DNA of 64,000 nucleotides from Fibrobacteria bacterium. Its GTDB lineage: Bacteria > Fibrobacterota > Fibrobacteria > UBA11236 > JADFYW01. Shown in pieces: positions 38,683 to 49,018 of this stretch. The translations under genes and the position numbers were made by a program. The stretch lies in NCBI GenBank assembly GCA_050294405.1, contig JBNKOC010000012.1:1-64000 (forward strand), in the 5' to 3' direction. Position 1 is the stretch's first letter, and the number at the start of each line of letters is the position of its first letter. The notes under the pieces are model-generated. The model was not told the DNA's origin and ran no database searches. It worked only from the letters and a program-made list of their open reading frames with translations.

Positions 38683-39357
38683 ATGACTATGAAAAAATGG
38701 ATAGTTGTGCTGGGAATTTTTTCCCTTGGGGGAGCTGCTTTCGCCCAAAATAGGCCACGTGATCCCTTTGTTTTTAGGGCGGCTATTTGGCAAGGAAATA
38801 ACCCTTCGGTTCAAGGTGACCGTGTGGTGGCCGTTTTGTTAAACTCGAATTTCACTGCGCTATACAGCACAGTGAAAGGCGGTCTTTATATGACTCGGAC
38901 CGGTCAGGCTCAGGATGGCAATAATACTTATGCCCATCAGCATGACGGTAGCGTGTTGAAATTTACCGGGGGCAACGTATTACATAGAAATTACCCCTCT
39001 GAATCAGTCTGGGAGTTAATGGATGGCAATAATGCAGTTTCATCACAAACGCAGTACCTAGGCTATACATTATCTGGCGGCAATACTCCAAACATGGTAG
39101 CTATCCGATATAAAATAGTGGCGGGCGATAACAGCATTAACATATCTGAGACCCCTGAATACATAAGCGGCGGTAGCGGCGGTATAAAGAGGATGTTTAC
39201 AGTGGACGGAATTCCAGATGGTCAGAGCATCAGGCTGAGTATCTCCGGACAGGTTAGCGGTAATGAAACCTGGACCGCCGAAAGCGGGGGAACTGTTTCT
39301 GGGGAATATTTTACTATTAACACCAACGGCGATGCGGTCCTTAACGGATCCTGGTAG
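38683..39357 (+). CDS. Secreted hypothetical protein (signal peptide; probable start 38689)
   Basis: MKKWIVVLGIFSLGGAAFA-Q signal; RPRDPFVFR N-terminus recalls the N-terminal module of large secreted propeller proteins of FCB bacteria. Confidence 0.65.
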   Translation: MTMKKWIVVLGIFSLGGAAFAQNRPRDPFVFRAAIWQGNNPSVQGDRVVAVLLNSNFTALYSTVKGGLYMTRTGQAQDGNNTYAHQHDGSVLKFTGGNVLHRNYPSESVWELMDGNNAVSSQTQYLGYTLSGGNTPNMVAIRYKIVAGDNSINISETPEYISGGSGGIKRMFTVDGIPDGQSIRLSISGQVSGNETWTAESGGTVSGEYFTINTNGDAVLNGSW

Positions 39358-39366
39358 GAGAAATTT

Positions 39367-41142
39367 ATGAAGTATTTTAGCAAATCCTTATTTTTCCTTG
39401 CTTCTCTGGCAGGATTATCTTTGGCTCAAAACCCATCACATCCAGGATATGATCGGGAAGAAATCAATTTTTCAAACTCTAATCTATTTACACCACCTAG
39501 CCGGGATGCCAATCGTCCCATGGTTGGAGGTATGGATGTTTTTCCAGATGGCCGGGTGGCCTTTGTGGAGTGGGGTTTGCCGGGCTCTGTATTTATTCTC
39601 GGAAATGAAATTGAGCAAAGTTCTCAAAATGTTCCAGTGACCCGCTTTGCCAGGGGGTTAAACGGCGCAATGGGGTTGAAAATCGTAAAGGACACCATTT
39701 ATGTTATGGAAAAAGAAGGTTTAACCCAGCTTGTGGATGTGGATGACGATGGGAGAGCCGATGAGTTTAACAGCATCAATCAAGCTTTTCCCTCCAATAC
39801 CAATATGCTTAACCTGTCCTTTGACGTGGGATATATGGAGGGGGCATTTTATGCCGCCCTTTCTTCTGATGTGCACACAGGAGGATATGACTGGGGATCC
39901 AGTTCCTGGCTAGGTACTCCAGCTTTGGCTGGGCGTTCTGCCATGTATAAATTAGAAACCGATGGAACAGCAACCGCTTTTGCCTGTGGATTTCGAAACC
40001 CCAATGGAATGGACATCAATGGAGAGGATATATTTGTTTCTGATAACCAGGGCTCCTGGCTACCCGCCTCCAAGCTTATTGTTGTTCGGGAAGGACGTTT
40101 TTATGGCCACAGGACAAACCCTACTAACCAATGTCAAACCCAAAACAACAACCAGGAATCGCCTCCTGTGGTTTGGGGGAACTTTGCAGATGGAAATACT
40201 CATGCAACCGGACGCTCCTGGGGAAACCCTGTGGTACTGAAACATGGCCCCTATGCCGGTCAGGTGTTGATAGGGGAGACTGTTTTTGGCCACCCAAATA
40301 ATGTGGTGCGGGTATTTATTGAAGAAATTGACGGGGAATTGCAAGGCGTTATCCTTCCGTTTGTTAAGGGTTCCACTACTAAAGGTGTTTACCGTATAAA
40401 AGAAGGCGAAGACGGACAAATTTATCTTGGAATACTAGGAAGCAATTGTTGTTGGGGCCCCCGCAGCAACATGTATTCAGGTTTCGATGTAATGCGTCCT
40501 AACAATTCCAGCAATTATTTGGAAATTATGGCTATTCGTTCTTTAAGCAACAACAGTTTTGAATTGGAATTCAATAAGGAAGTGGGCAGCAACGCCAATC
40601 AAACTAACCTCTACAGTGTTAAACAGTGGGTAAATAACCCTGTTGAAGAATATGGTGGAGGTCAAATGGAAAACCAGCAAGACCTTTCTGTCAGTTCAGC
40701 TACTGTTAACTCCAATAAGGTAACATTGACCATCAATGGTCTCCAGACTGGTCGGGTTGTAAAATTTGTTATTAATTCCAACCTCAAGGCACAAGACGGT
40801 AGCGATTTGTGGACTGATTTTGCCATGTATACCCTGAACAAATTTGGCCCTGGGACAGATTACGAGCCTGTAATCCCGGTTTCTCTAGGTGAACCTGAAA
40901 AGCTAAAAGCAAGCTGGCAGATAATCAAAAGAGATGGTTTTCATGTATTGCGTTTTGAAAAGGAACCTCAGCTTACCAGAGAAGCTGCTGTTTATGACCT
41001 AAAGGGAACCAAGCTATTGGAAAAGAGCCTTGCTGGCGGCTGGGAAATGACTCTAGAAACCGCTGGCCTTTCCAAAGGCATGTATTTGGTGCAGTTAAAG
41101 GAACAAGGGCGCGCATCCACCCGGTATTTGTTAATTCCTTAA
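39367..41142 (+). CDS. Secreted sorbosone/PQQ-dehydrogenase-like beta-propeller protein with Ig-like domain and T9SS CTD
   Basis: Signal peptide; VGGMDVFPDGR, LVDVDDDGRADEF, ACGFRNPNG, SDNQGSWLPASKL, GPYAGQVLIGE; C-terminal VYDLKG...LSKGMYLVQL CTD-like motif. Confidence 0.75.
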   Translation: MKYFSKSLFFLASLAGLSLAQNPSHPGYDREEINFSNSNLFTPPSRDANRPMVGGMDVFPDGRVAFVEWGLPGSVFILGNEIEQSSQNVPVTRFARGLNGAMGLKIVKDTIYVMEKEGLTQLVDVDDDGRADEFNSINQAFPSNTNMLNLSFDVGYMEGAFYAALSSDVHTGGYDWGSSSWLGTPALAGRSAMYKLETDGTATAFACGFRNPNGMDINGEDIFVSDNQGSWLPASKLIVVREGRFYGHRTNPTNQCQTQNNNQESPPVVWGNFADGNTHATGRSWGNPVVLKHGPYAGQVLIGETVFGHPNNVVRVFIEEIDGELQGVILPFVKGSTTKGVYRIKEGEDGQIYLGILGSNCCWGPRSNMYSGFDVMRPNNSSNYLEIMAIRSLSNNSFELEFNKEVGSNANQTNLYSVKQWVNNPVEEYGGGQMENQQDLSVSSATVNSNKVTLTINGLQTGRVVKFVINSNLKAQDGSDLWTDFAMYTLNKFGPGTDYEPVIPVSLGEPEKLKASWQIIKRDGFHVLRFEKEPQLTREAAVYDLKGTKLLEKSLAGGWEMTLETAGLSKGMYLVQLKEQGRASTRYLLIP

Positions 41143-41170
41143 CTAATTATTTTGCCAATGGTACTATTTG

Positions 41171-44044
41171 TTAGCTAACCTGGGTGGCATAACTTTCCAC
41201 ACCAGGGCAGCTGCAAACCAGATTTTTGTCACCATAGGTGTTGTCAATTCTGGAAACCGCAGGCCAAAACTTATTCTCCTCTACCCAGCCTAAGGGATAA
41301 ACAGCCTTTTTTCGACTGTAGGGATAAGGCCAGGGATCTTCAGTTAAGGTTCTTGCTGTATGGGGCGCATTTTTTAACACATTATTATTTTTATCCGCGC
41401 TGCCGGATTCGATTTCGCTAATTTCAGCCCGAATGGAAATAAGCGCTTCAGCAAACCTGTCCAGCTCCTCTTTGGATTCGCTTTCCGTGGGTTCAATCAT
41501 TAATGTGCCTGCTACAGGAAAAGAAACTGTAGGGGCGTGAAAACCATAGTCCATTAATCTTTTAGCAATATCAACCACCTCAACATTAGCGGAATGTTTA
41601 AAGGGACGAAAATCTAAAATAAACTCGTGAGCTACCCTTCCTTTTTTTCCTGTATAAAGAACCGGGTAATGATCTTTTAGTTTTTGCAGCAGGTAATTGG
41701 CGTTCAGTATAGCGATTTCGGAACTTCTACGAACACCTTTGGCCCCCAGCATTCTTATATATCCCCAAGAAATTCCCAGTATGGAAGCTGAGCCGTAAGG
41801 CGCAGCTGAAACTGCACTTATAGCTTCAGACCCCCCGATTTTAATTAAGCTGTGGCCAGGAAGAAAGGGAGCTAATTTATGGTTTACAGCAATAGGGCCC
41901 ATGCCTGGTCCGCCACCGCCGTGGGGGATGCTAAATGTTTTATGGAGATTTAAATGGCATACATCAGCCCCAATTTCAGCTGGGCTGGTTAAGCCCACTT
42001 GAGCGTTCATGTTGGCTCCATCCATATATACCAGTCCGCCATTATCGTGAATGATTTGGCAGATTTCCCTAATCTCATCTTCAAACACGCCGTGGGTGGA
42101 TGGGTATGTTATCATAGTACAGGATAAATTTTCTTTGTGCTCCAAGGCCTTGGATTTTAAATCATCCATATCAATATTTCCATGGATATCGCAGGCAACC
42201 ACCACTATTTCCATTCCCGCCAGGGCCGCGCTGGCCGGATTAGTTCCATGGGCAGAGGAGGGTATAAGAGCTATGTTGCGATTGGTTTGGCCGTTTTTTT
42301 CATGATAAGCTCTAATGACAAGTAACCCGGTATATTCTCCCTGGGCTCCGGCATTAGGCTGCAGGGAAACCGCCTCAAACCCGGTGATTTTTTGTAAAGC
42401 ACGGGACAGTTTTTCAATTAACTCCTGGTATCCTAAAGTTTGGGATGCCGGAGCGAAGGGATGTATCTGATTCCAATTGGCCCAGGACACAGGTATCATT
42501 TGAGTGGCTGCGTTTAGTTTCATGGTGCAGGACCCTAAAGGGATCATGGACCAGTTAAGAGATAGATCTTTTGATTCCAGTTTTTTTATATAGCGCATCA
42601 TTTCTGTTTCGGAATGGTAGCTATTAAATACAGGATGGGTTAAAAAAGGACTGCTTCTTTGAATTTCTGAATCAAGTTGAACTGTAGAGCTTTGAGAAAA
42701 ATCCAACTTTTCTTCTACGCCAAAAAGGTAGGCCAGGTTTTTTAAATCTTCTGGGGAAGTAGTTTCGTCAAGGCTAATGCCTAAAAGATTTTCGCCAATG
42801 TGGTTGTTTAAATTAATTCCCATATTTTTGGCTTTGCGGGTTATTTCAGAATGCTGGGACTTTTTAACTTCTAAGGCAATGCTGTCAAAAACTTGGTGGT
42901 GGAGGACTTTATATCCTCCGGCCTTTAGCGCATTTAATAATAACATGGCGTTGTAATGCACCCGCTGGGCGATTTCAAAAAGGCCTTTTGGACCGTGGTA
43001 AACAGCATACATACTGGCCATAATGGCTAAAAGCACCTGAGCTGTACATATATTGCTGGTTGCTTTTTCACGACGGATGTGCTGTTCACGGGTCTGTAAA
43101 GCCATGCGATAGCCAATGTTGCCTTTTGCGTCCTTGGATACCCCGATAATCCGACCGGGCATTAAGCGTTTGTATTCTTCTCGGGTGGCAAAAAACGCAG
43201 CGTGTGGTCCGCCAAAACCCATGGGAACTCCAAAGCGTTGGCTGTTGCCCACCACTATATGGGCTCCAAATTCACCAGGAGGTTTTAAAAGACAAAGGCT
43301 TAATAAATCCACCGCCACCACCGAGGGACAATTGGCGTCATTGGCTTTTTTTATCAACTCTTCGCAATTCCACAAAGCACCTTGACGGTTGGGGTATTGG
43401 ACCAGGATGCCAAATACATCCTTGTTAAAAGTAAAGTCTTCAACACTTTGGCTTACAATCTCGATTCCCAAAGGGTTGGCCCTTGTTTTAAGAACATCCA
43501 GCGTATGGGGGAAACAATATTCGTCTACCAAAAACTTTTTGGCGTTTTTTAGAGCTGGTTTTTTTTGGGCAATGTTATACAGCATAAACATTGCTTCCGC
43601 AGCAGCTGTGGCTTCATCCAAAAGTGAAGCATTCGCTACTTCCATTCCGCATAAATCCATCACCATGGTTTGAAAGTTTATGAGCGCCTCTAAACGGCCT
43701 TGGCTAATTTCGGATTGGTAGGGGGTGTACTGGGTGTACCAGCCTGGATTTTCCAGGATGTTGCGCAATATGACGCTTGGAGTGATACACGGGTAATAGC
43801 CTTGACCGATGTAGTTTTTAGCCAGTTGGTTTTTTTGACTGATATTTTGGAACTCTTCCAAAAACTCAATTTCGGAAAGAGGCCCTGGTAAATCCAAATC
43901 CTTTTTAAGGCGAATGGAGGAAGGAATGGTTTGTTCCAGGAGTTCATCTATTGAATTTAAATTCATTTCAGAAAGCATGGGGGCAAGGTCTGATTCCCGG
44001 GGACCAATATGTCGCTTTTCAAAAAACTCAAAATGACCAGGCAT
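41171..44044 (-). CDS. gcvP: Glycine dehydrogenase (decarboxylating), single-chain
   Basis: RHIGP, YTQYTPYQSEISQGRLE, QTREQHIRREKATSNICTAQ and HLNLHKTF (PLP Lys). Confidence 0.97.
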   Translation of the reverse strand: MPGHFEFFEKRHIGPRESDLAPMLSEMNLNSIDELLEQTIPSSIRLKKDLDLPGPLSEIEFLEEFQNISQKNQLAKNYIGQGYYPCITPSVILRNILENPGWYTQYTPYQSEISQGRLEALINFQTMVMDLCGMEVANASLLDEATAAAEAMFMLYNIAQKKPALKNAKKFLVDEYCFPHTLDVLKTRANPLGIEIVSQSVEDFTFNKDVFGILVQYPNRQGALWNCEELIKKANDANCPSVVAVDLLSLCLLKPPGEFGAHIVVGNSQRFGVPMGFGGPHAAFFATREEYKRLMPGRIIGVSKDAKGNIGYRMALQTREQHIRREKATSNICTAQVLLAIMASMYAVYHGPKGLFEIAQRVHYNAMLLLNALKAGGYKVLHHQVFDSIALEVKKSQHSEITRKAKNMGINLNNHIGENLLGISLDETTSPEDLKNLAYLFGVEEKLDFSQSSTVQLDSEIQRSSPFLTHPVFNSYHSETEMMRYIKKLESKDLSLNWSMIPLGSCTMKLNAATQMIPVSWANWNQIHPFAPASQTLGYQELIEKLSRALQKITGFEAVSLQPNAGAQGEYTGLLVIRAYHEKNGQTNRNIALIPSSAHGTNPASAALAGMEIVVVACDIHGNIDMDDLKSKALEHKENLSCTMITYPSTHGVFEDEIREICQIIHDNGGLVYMDGANMNAQVGLTSPAEIGADVCHLNLHKTFSIPHGGGGPGMGPIAVNHKLAPFLPGHSLIKIGGSEAISAVSAAPYGSASILGISWGYIRMLGAKGVRRSSEIAILNANYLLQKLKDHYPVLYTGKKGRVAHEFILDFRPFKHSANVEVVDIAKRLMDYGFHAPTVSFPVAGTLMIEPTESESKEELDRFAEALISIRAEISEIESGSADKNNNVLKNAPHTARTLTEDPWPYPYSRKKAVYPLGWVEENKFWPAVSRIDNTYGDKNLVCSCPGVESYATQVS

Positions 44045-44226
44045 GTTTGTAAAATTCCCTAAGTAAAATGGATGAAATGGCTCTGGAAGCTTGAAAAAAA
44101 GGCTTCTCAGAGTTCTGAAAGCTAGCTATTTGCAGGTTGGATTGCATGATTTTTTTGCTTTTTGATAAAAGCTAAAAAACGGATTGGAAGTGGTTTATTT
44201 TTAACAATTATTATATTTAGGGCGCT

Positions 44227-45231
44227 ATGAAAAAGAATATTAATACCGCAATAATGGGTGCCACTGGCGCAGTTGGTGCCGAACTTTTACAACTTTTAGA
44301 AGAAAGACAGTTTCCTTTGGGCGAATTGCGCCTTTTGGCTTCAAAACGCTCTGCTGGCAAAACAATTTCCTTTAAAGGCAAAGATTATACAATTGAAGAA
44401 CTAACACACGATTCCTTTGGCGGAATAGATTTAGTTTTAGCGTCTGCTGGTGGAAAAATCAGCAAGGAGTTTGCCCCTTCTGCCGTAAAAGCAGGAGCTG
44501 TGGTGGTGGATAACACCTCTTTTTTCCGCATGGATCCAGAAGTGCCTTTGGTGGTTCCGGAAATTAACCCAGAAAAAATTTCTGAGCACAAAGGGGTTAT
44601 TGCCAATCCAAATTGTTCAACTATTTTGATGCTTTTACCCCTTTGGCCACTGCATAAAAAATTTGGCGTAGAGAGAGTTGTGGCGTCTACTTATCAAGCT
44701 GCCAGTGGTGCTGGGGCTCTTGCTATGGAAGAATTGTTAAAAGAAACAGAGGCCTATTTGCAGAACAAAAGCTTTAAGCCAACTGTTATCCCCCATCCTT
44801 ATGCTTTTAATTTATTTCCCCATAATTCGCCCATGGGTGACGATGGTTACTGCGAAGAAGAAACCAAGATGATTAAGGAAACTAAAAAGATTTTTGGAGA
44901 ACCCGATTTTAAAGTGACCGCTACCTGTGTACGGGTTCCTGTACTTCGTGCCCATTCTGAGTCGCTTAATATACAGTTTAAAAATAAGGTGAGTGTGGAA
45001 GAAGCCTATGAAGTATTGCGTCAGGCGCCTGGCGTTGAAGTTTTAGAAGACAGGCCTCAGAACCGCTGGCCCATGCCTTTAGATGCTTCGGCAAAAGATC
45101 CAGTATATGTAGGACGCATTCGCCAGGACAAAACCCAGGAAAATACTCTTGAGCTTTGGCTAACAGGTGATCAAATCCGCAAGGGTGCTGCCCTTAACGC
45201 CATCCAAATTGCCGAGGAGCTGTTTTGCTGA
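44227..45231 (+). CDS. asd: Aspartate-semialdehyde dehydrogenase
   Basis: GATGAVG, ANPNCST, STYQAASGAG, TCVRVPV and DQIRKGAALNAIQIAE. Confidence 0.97.
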   Translation: MKKNINTAIMGATGAVGAELLQLLEERQFPLGELRLLASKRSAGKTISFKGKDYTIEELTHDSFGGIDLVLASAGGKISKEFAPSAVKAGAVVVDNTSFFRMDPEVPLVVPEINPEKISEHKGVIANPNCSTILMLLPLWPLHKKFGVERVVASTYQAASGAGALAMEELLKETEAYLQNKSFKPTVIPHPYAFNLFPHNSPMGDDGYCEEETKMIKETKKIFGEPDFKVTATCVRVPVLRAHSESLNIQFKNKVSVEEAYEVLRQAPGVEVLEDRPQNRWPMPLDASAKDPVYVGRIRQDKTQENTLELWLTGDQIRKGAALNAIQIAEELFC

Positions 45232-45374
45232 ATTTTATTTTGCTGGTTATTGCCTTGTGCATTACCGCTTTTTTATTCAGTATTTATTTCCAATTATCAC
45301 GTATAGAAAGTTCACTCAATAAAATGCTGGAAGACATTGAAGGCTATTTATTAAGGGTGTACGGAGAAGAATAA
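45225..45374 (+). CDS. Putative 49-aa single-pass membrane protein (not in ORF track)
   Basis: TTG start preceded by GAGGAG and overlapping the asd stop; MLNFILLVIALCITAFLFSIYFQLSRIESSLNKMLEDIEGYLLRVYGEE*; fills the asd-lysA gap and ends 5 nt before lysA. Confidence 0.55.
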   Translation: MLNFILLVIALCITAFLFSIYFQLSRIESSLNKMLEDIEGYLLRVYGEE

Positions 45375-45379
45375 TTTTC

Positions 45380-46615
45380 ATGTCTAAAGAAATTCCAAAT
45401 TTTCCTTTTTTTGATATTGCCAAAAATTATGGTACTCCCTGTTACATTTATGACCGAAAAACCATAGAATCCCGCATTGATGATTTAAAAGATTTCGATG
45501 TTGTTCGTTTTGCCCAAAAAGCGTTAAGCAACATAGGCATATTGTCTGTTGTGCGGCAAAAAAAGGCGGTAGTAGATGCTGTTTCTGCCGGTGAAATTGT
45601 AAGGGCCATGCGAGCTGGTTTTAAAACAGGTCCAGGCTTAAGTGAAATAGTTTATACGGCGGATATTTTTGATGACGATGCCGTGGAACTAATATCCAAA
45701 CATCAAATAACAGTGAATGTGGGATCCATGGACATGCTGAATCAATTGGCAGAATTTAGTCCCAAATCCGAGGTGGTTCTTCGCATTAATCCCGGTTTTG
45801 GACACGGCCATTCGAAAAAAGTGAATACCGGTGGCAACTTATCTAAACATGGAATCTGGCACGACTTAATTCCAGATTGTATGGCTCTTGGAAAACAGCT
45901 TGGCCTGAATATAGTTGGCTTACATATGCATATTGGTTCAGGTTCTGATTTTGAACACTTATCAACTGTGTGCGATGCAATGGTATCTGCCGCCAAGCAA
46001 TTTGGTTCTGGCCTTAAAGTCATTAGCGCTGGAGGAGGGTTGCCCATTCCCTATCAAAAAAATGGAAACCGCATTGATGTGGCAAAGTATTATCAAACCT
46101 GGGATGCAGCGCGTAAAAAAATTGAAGCTGAACTAAATACTAAAGTTGAATTGGAAGTGGAGCCGGGGCGCTATTTGGTGGCCGAGAGCGGCTATCTACT
46201 CAGTAAAATATGCTCCGTTAAAAATACGGGGGGCACAGACTTTTATGTGGTGGATGCTGGCTTTAACACACTGATACGCCCGGCTATGTATGGGGCCTTT
46301 CATGAAATTAGCATTCTCTCCCAAGATGCAAATCCAGAAGGGGAAAGAGAAGTCGTAGTGGCGGGTCCTTTGTGTGAATCTTGCGATGTATTTACCCAGG
46401 AAGAAGGTGGCTTCGTAACAAAACGAAATTTACCGGAAGCCAAGGTGGGGGATTTACTGCTTATTCACGACGCAGGAGCTTATGGCTCTGTAATGTCCTC
46501 CAATTACAATACCCGCAAACTGGCTCCAGAATTATTAATTGAGGGAGAAAAAATTTCGGTTATCCGAAAACCTCAAACCTTTGATCAAATTTTAGAGCTA
46601 GAACAAATTCCTTAA
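45380..46615 (+). CDS. lysA: Diaminopimelate decarboxylase
   Basis: YGTPCYIYD, FAQKA (PLP Lys), HMHIGSG, EPGRYLVAESG, GPLCESCD and GAYGSVMSSNYN. Confidence 0.96.
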   Translation: MSKEIPNFPFFDIAKNYGTPCYIYDRKTIESRIDDLKDFDVVRFAQKALSNIGILSVVRQKKAVVDAVSAGEIVRAMRAGFKTGPGLSEIVYTADIFDDDAVELISKHQITVNVGSMDMLNQLAEFSPKSEVVLRINPGFGHGHSKKVNTGGNLSKHGIWHDLIPDCMALGKQLGLNIVGLHMHIGSGSDFEHLSTVCDAMVSAAKQFGSGLKVISAGGGLPIPYQKNGNRIDVAKYYQTWDAARKKIEAELNTKVELEVEPGRYLVAESGYLLSKICSVKNTGGTDFYVVDAGFNTLIRPAMYGAFHEISILSQDANPEGEREVVVAGPLCESCDVFTQEEGGFVTKRNLPEAKVGDLLLIHDAGAYGSVMSSNYNTRKLAPELLIEGEKISVIRKPQTFDQILELEQIP

Positions 46616-46723
46616 AAAATAAACCAAATTTGTGCTCATGCGCACGCTGTGGATGAATTTAGAATTATTCAATAAAAATTAAATTGAAGAGTGCAGGACA
46701 AGGCCGCAGGAAATAATGATACA

Positions 46724-46850
46724 AAAAATTGATTTTAAAGGATATAATTCAAGGCGGAGTGTGACGAATGAACCGATATTGTACTATTTGTACATTGAGG
46801 TTTAATTCGGAACACTCCAACGAAGAAGTATGCTTTTAAAATCAATTTTT
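46724..46850. repeat. About 127-bp palindromic (MITE/REP-like) element between convergent lysA and acs
   Basis: Perfect 16-bp terminal inverted repeat AAAAATTGATTTTAAA (46724-46739) / TTTAAAATCAATTTTT (46835-46850). Nested inner stems: GGAGTGT/ACACTCC, CGAAT/ATTCG, AACC/GGTT and TGTAC/GTACA. Confidence 0.7.
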
Positions 46851-48807
46851 ACTCTTCGCTACTGCGAAGTTTGGCTAGAACATTAACATCTTCAAGAGTG
46901 GTCATATCCCCTTTTGACTCCACTCCATTGGCCACATCTCTAAGCAGGCGACGCATTATTTTGCCGGAACGGGTTTTTGGAAGGGAGTCTGTAAAATGAA
47001 TTTGGTCTGGAGCCGCCAGGGGTCCAATTTCGGCGCGTACATGGCGGGTAAGTTCTGCTTTAAGGGAGTCGTCTCCTTCATTTCCTGGGGCTAAAGTGAT
47101 AAAGGCGGCTATGCCCTCTCCTTTAATTTCATGATTAAAACCAACCACAGCTGCTTCCACCACAGATTTATGAGCAACCATGCAGCTTTCCACTTCCATG
47201 GTGGAAAGACGGTGGCCGGAAACATTGATAACATCATCAATTCGTCCTAAAATCCACAAATAGCCATCTTTATCTTTAACAGCTCCATCTCCTGCAAGGT
47301 ACCATCCTTGTTTTTCAAATTTTTTCCAATATACATCAACAAAACGTTCTTTATCGCCATAAAGAGTTCTTAACATGGAGGGCCAGGGTTGCTTAAGAAC
47401 TAAGATACCGCCCTGTTCTGGGCCCAATTCTTCCCCATCTTCTGTAACTACAGCGGGTTCTACTCCAAAAAAAGGTATGCAGGCGGAACCGGGCTTGGCT
47501 TCTGTTATACCGGGTAATGGAGTTATCATAATGGCTCCGGTTTCTGTTTGCCACCAGGTATCCACAATGGGGCAGCATTCGCCGCCAATATGTTTGTAAT
47601 ACCACATCCAGGCTTCGGGGTTAATGGGCTCTCCCACACTTCCCAAAAGACGTAAGCTGGATAAGTCGGCTTTTTGGGGGTGTTCTTCTCCCCATTTCAT
47701 AAATGCTCGGATAGCCGTGGGTGCTGTATAGAAAATGTTGACTTTTAATTTTTCGATAATCCTCCAAAAACGCCCTTCATCGGGGGCATTGGGAGCTCCT
47801 TCATACATAACTGTTGTGGCGCCATTATTTAATGGGCCGTAAATTATGTAACTATGGCCGGTAATCCAGCCGATATCTGCGGTACACCAGTAAATATCCT
47901 CTTCCTTTAAATCAAAAATGTATTTGGTGCTGAGGTAAGTTCCCACCATGTATCCTCCAGTTGTATGTTGGATACCTTTGGGCTTTCCCGTGCTGCCGCT
48001 GGTGTAAAGGATAAATAAAGGATCTTCGGAATCCAGTTCCAAAGCAGGGCAATTTTCATCTACGGTCTTGGCCAAATCATGGTACCAATGATCCCGTCCT
48101 TCTTTAAGCTGAACTTTATTCTTTGCCCGCTCTACCACCAATACATTATTTACGCTAGGAGTATTTTCCACAGCTTCGGCTACTATATCGTATAAAGCCA
48201 GAACCTTACCTCTTCTAAACCCTCCATCAGATGTTATGACCATTTTGCAGTTGGCGTCGTTGACCCTATCTGTAATGGCTGGCGCGGAAAACCCTGCAAA
48301 AATTATGGAGTGAACGGCCCCAATTCTGGCGCAGGCTAGCATGGCAATGGCCAGTTCGGGAATCATAGGCAAGTATATGGCAATCGTGTCTCCTTTCTGA
48401 ATGCCTTGCTTTTTTAAAACATTGGCGAAACGGCAAACTTCTTTGTGGAGTTCCTCATAGGTGTAGATTTTTTGTTCCCCTTCAGGTTCGCCTTCCCATA
48501 TGATGGCGGTTTTATTTTTTCTGGGGCCCGTTAAATGTTTATCCAGGCAGTTGTAAGAAAGGTTGGTGGCGGCTCCTTCAAACCATTTGGCAAAGGGAGG
48601 GTTGTCCCAATTTCGAACTCTATCCCACTTTTTAAACCAGTGTAATTCTTCGGCGATTTTCCCCCAAAAGCTTTCGGGATTGTTAATGGACTCCTGGTAC
48701 ATTTCCTGGTATTGAGCCTTGGAGTTGATGAGGGCCTTGGAGCTAAAATCAGCAGAGGGAGCAAATTTTCTGTTTTCCTTGAGCACATTATCAATTGCGT
48801 TTGCCAT
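46849..48807 (-). CDS. acs: Acetyl-CoA synthetase
   Basis: [34 protein letters not shown] and [14 protein letters not shown] (acetylation Lys). Confidence 0.97.
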   Translation of the reverse strand: MANAIDNVLKENRKFAPSADFSSKALINSKAQYQEMYQESINNPESFWGKIAEELHWFKKWDRVRNWDNPPFAKWFEGAATNLSYNCLDKHLTGPRKNKTAIIWEGEPEGEQKIYTYEELHKEVCRFANVLKKQGIQKGDTIAIYLPMIPELAIAMLACARIGAVHSIIFAGFSAPAITDRVNDANCKMVITSDGGFRRGKVLALYDIVAEAVENTPSVNNVLVVERAKNKVQLKEGRDHWYHDLAKTVDENCPALELDSEDPLFILYTSGSTGKPKGIQHTTGGYMVGTYLSTKYIFDLKEEDIYWCTADIGWITGHSYIIYGPLNNGATTVMYEGAPNAPDEGRFWRIIEKLKVNIFYTAPTAIRAFMKWGEEHPQKADLSSLRLLGSVGEPINPEAWMWYYKHIGGECCPIVDTWWQTETGAIMITPLPGITEAKPGSACIPFFGVEPAVVTEDGEELGPEQGGILVLKQPWPSMLRTLYGDKERFVDVYWKKFEKQGWYLAGDGAVKDKDGYLWILGRIDDVINVSGHRLSTMEVESCMVAHKSVVEAAVVGFNHEIKGEGIAAFITLAPGNEGDDSLKAELTRHVRAEIGPLAAPDQIHFTDSLPKTRSGKIMRRLLRDVANGVESKGDMTTLEDVNVLAKLRSSEE

Positions 48808-49018
48808 GGAATTCCTTTTGTTTTTTAAGTTAAAATCCAGCCAATGGGGGTAAATACCCGTTTTTTCAGCAAAAAATTAAAAATTACCCTTCAATTTATT
48901 AAGGGCAGACCATAAAATAGCATTTTAACTGAGGACGGCTATAAAAGCCTTTCAGATTTAGCCTTTTTACTTTTATCTCCCTATATTAAAAACAGGGGAC
49001 CAGTTTGCAAAAGGCTAA

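Noticed and set aside
44045..44226. Glycine riboswitch upstream of gcvP
   Set aside because: Only an imperfect hairpin is present (CTCTGGAAGC...GCTTCTCAGAG, 44081-44112); the GGAGA...CCGAAG...CTCTCAGG aptamer core is absent on the gcvP strand.
45232..45379. Lysine riboswitch before lysA
   Set aside because: No aptamer features are visible; the gap is better explained by the 49-aa ORF.
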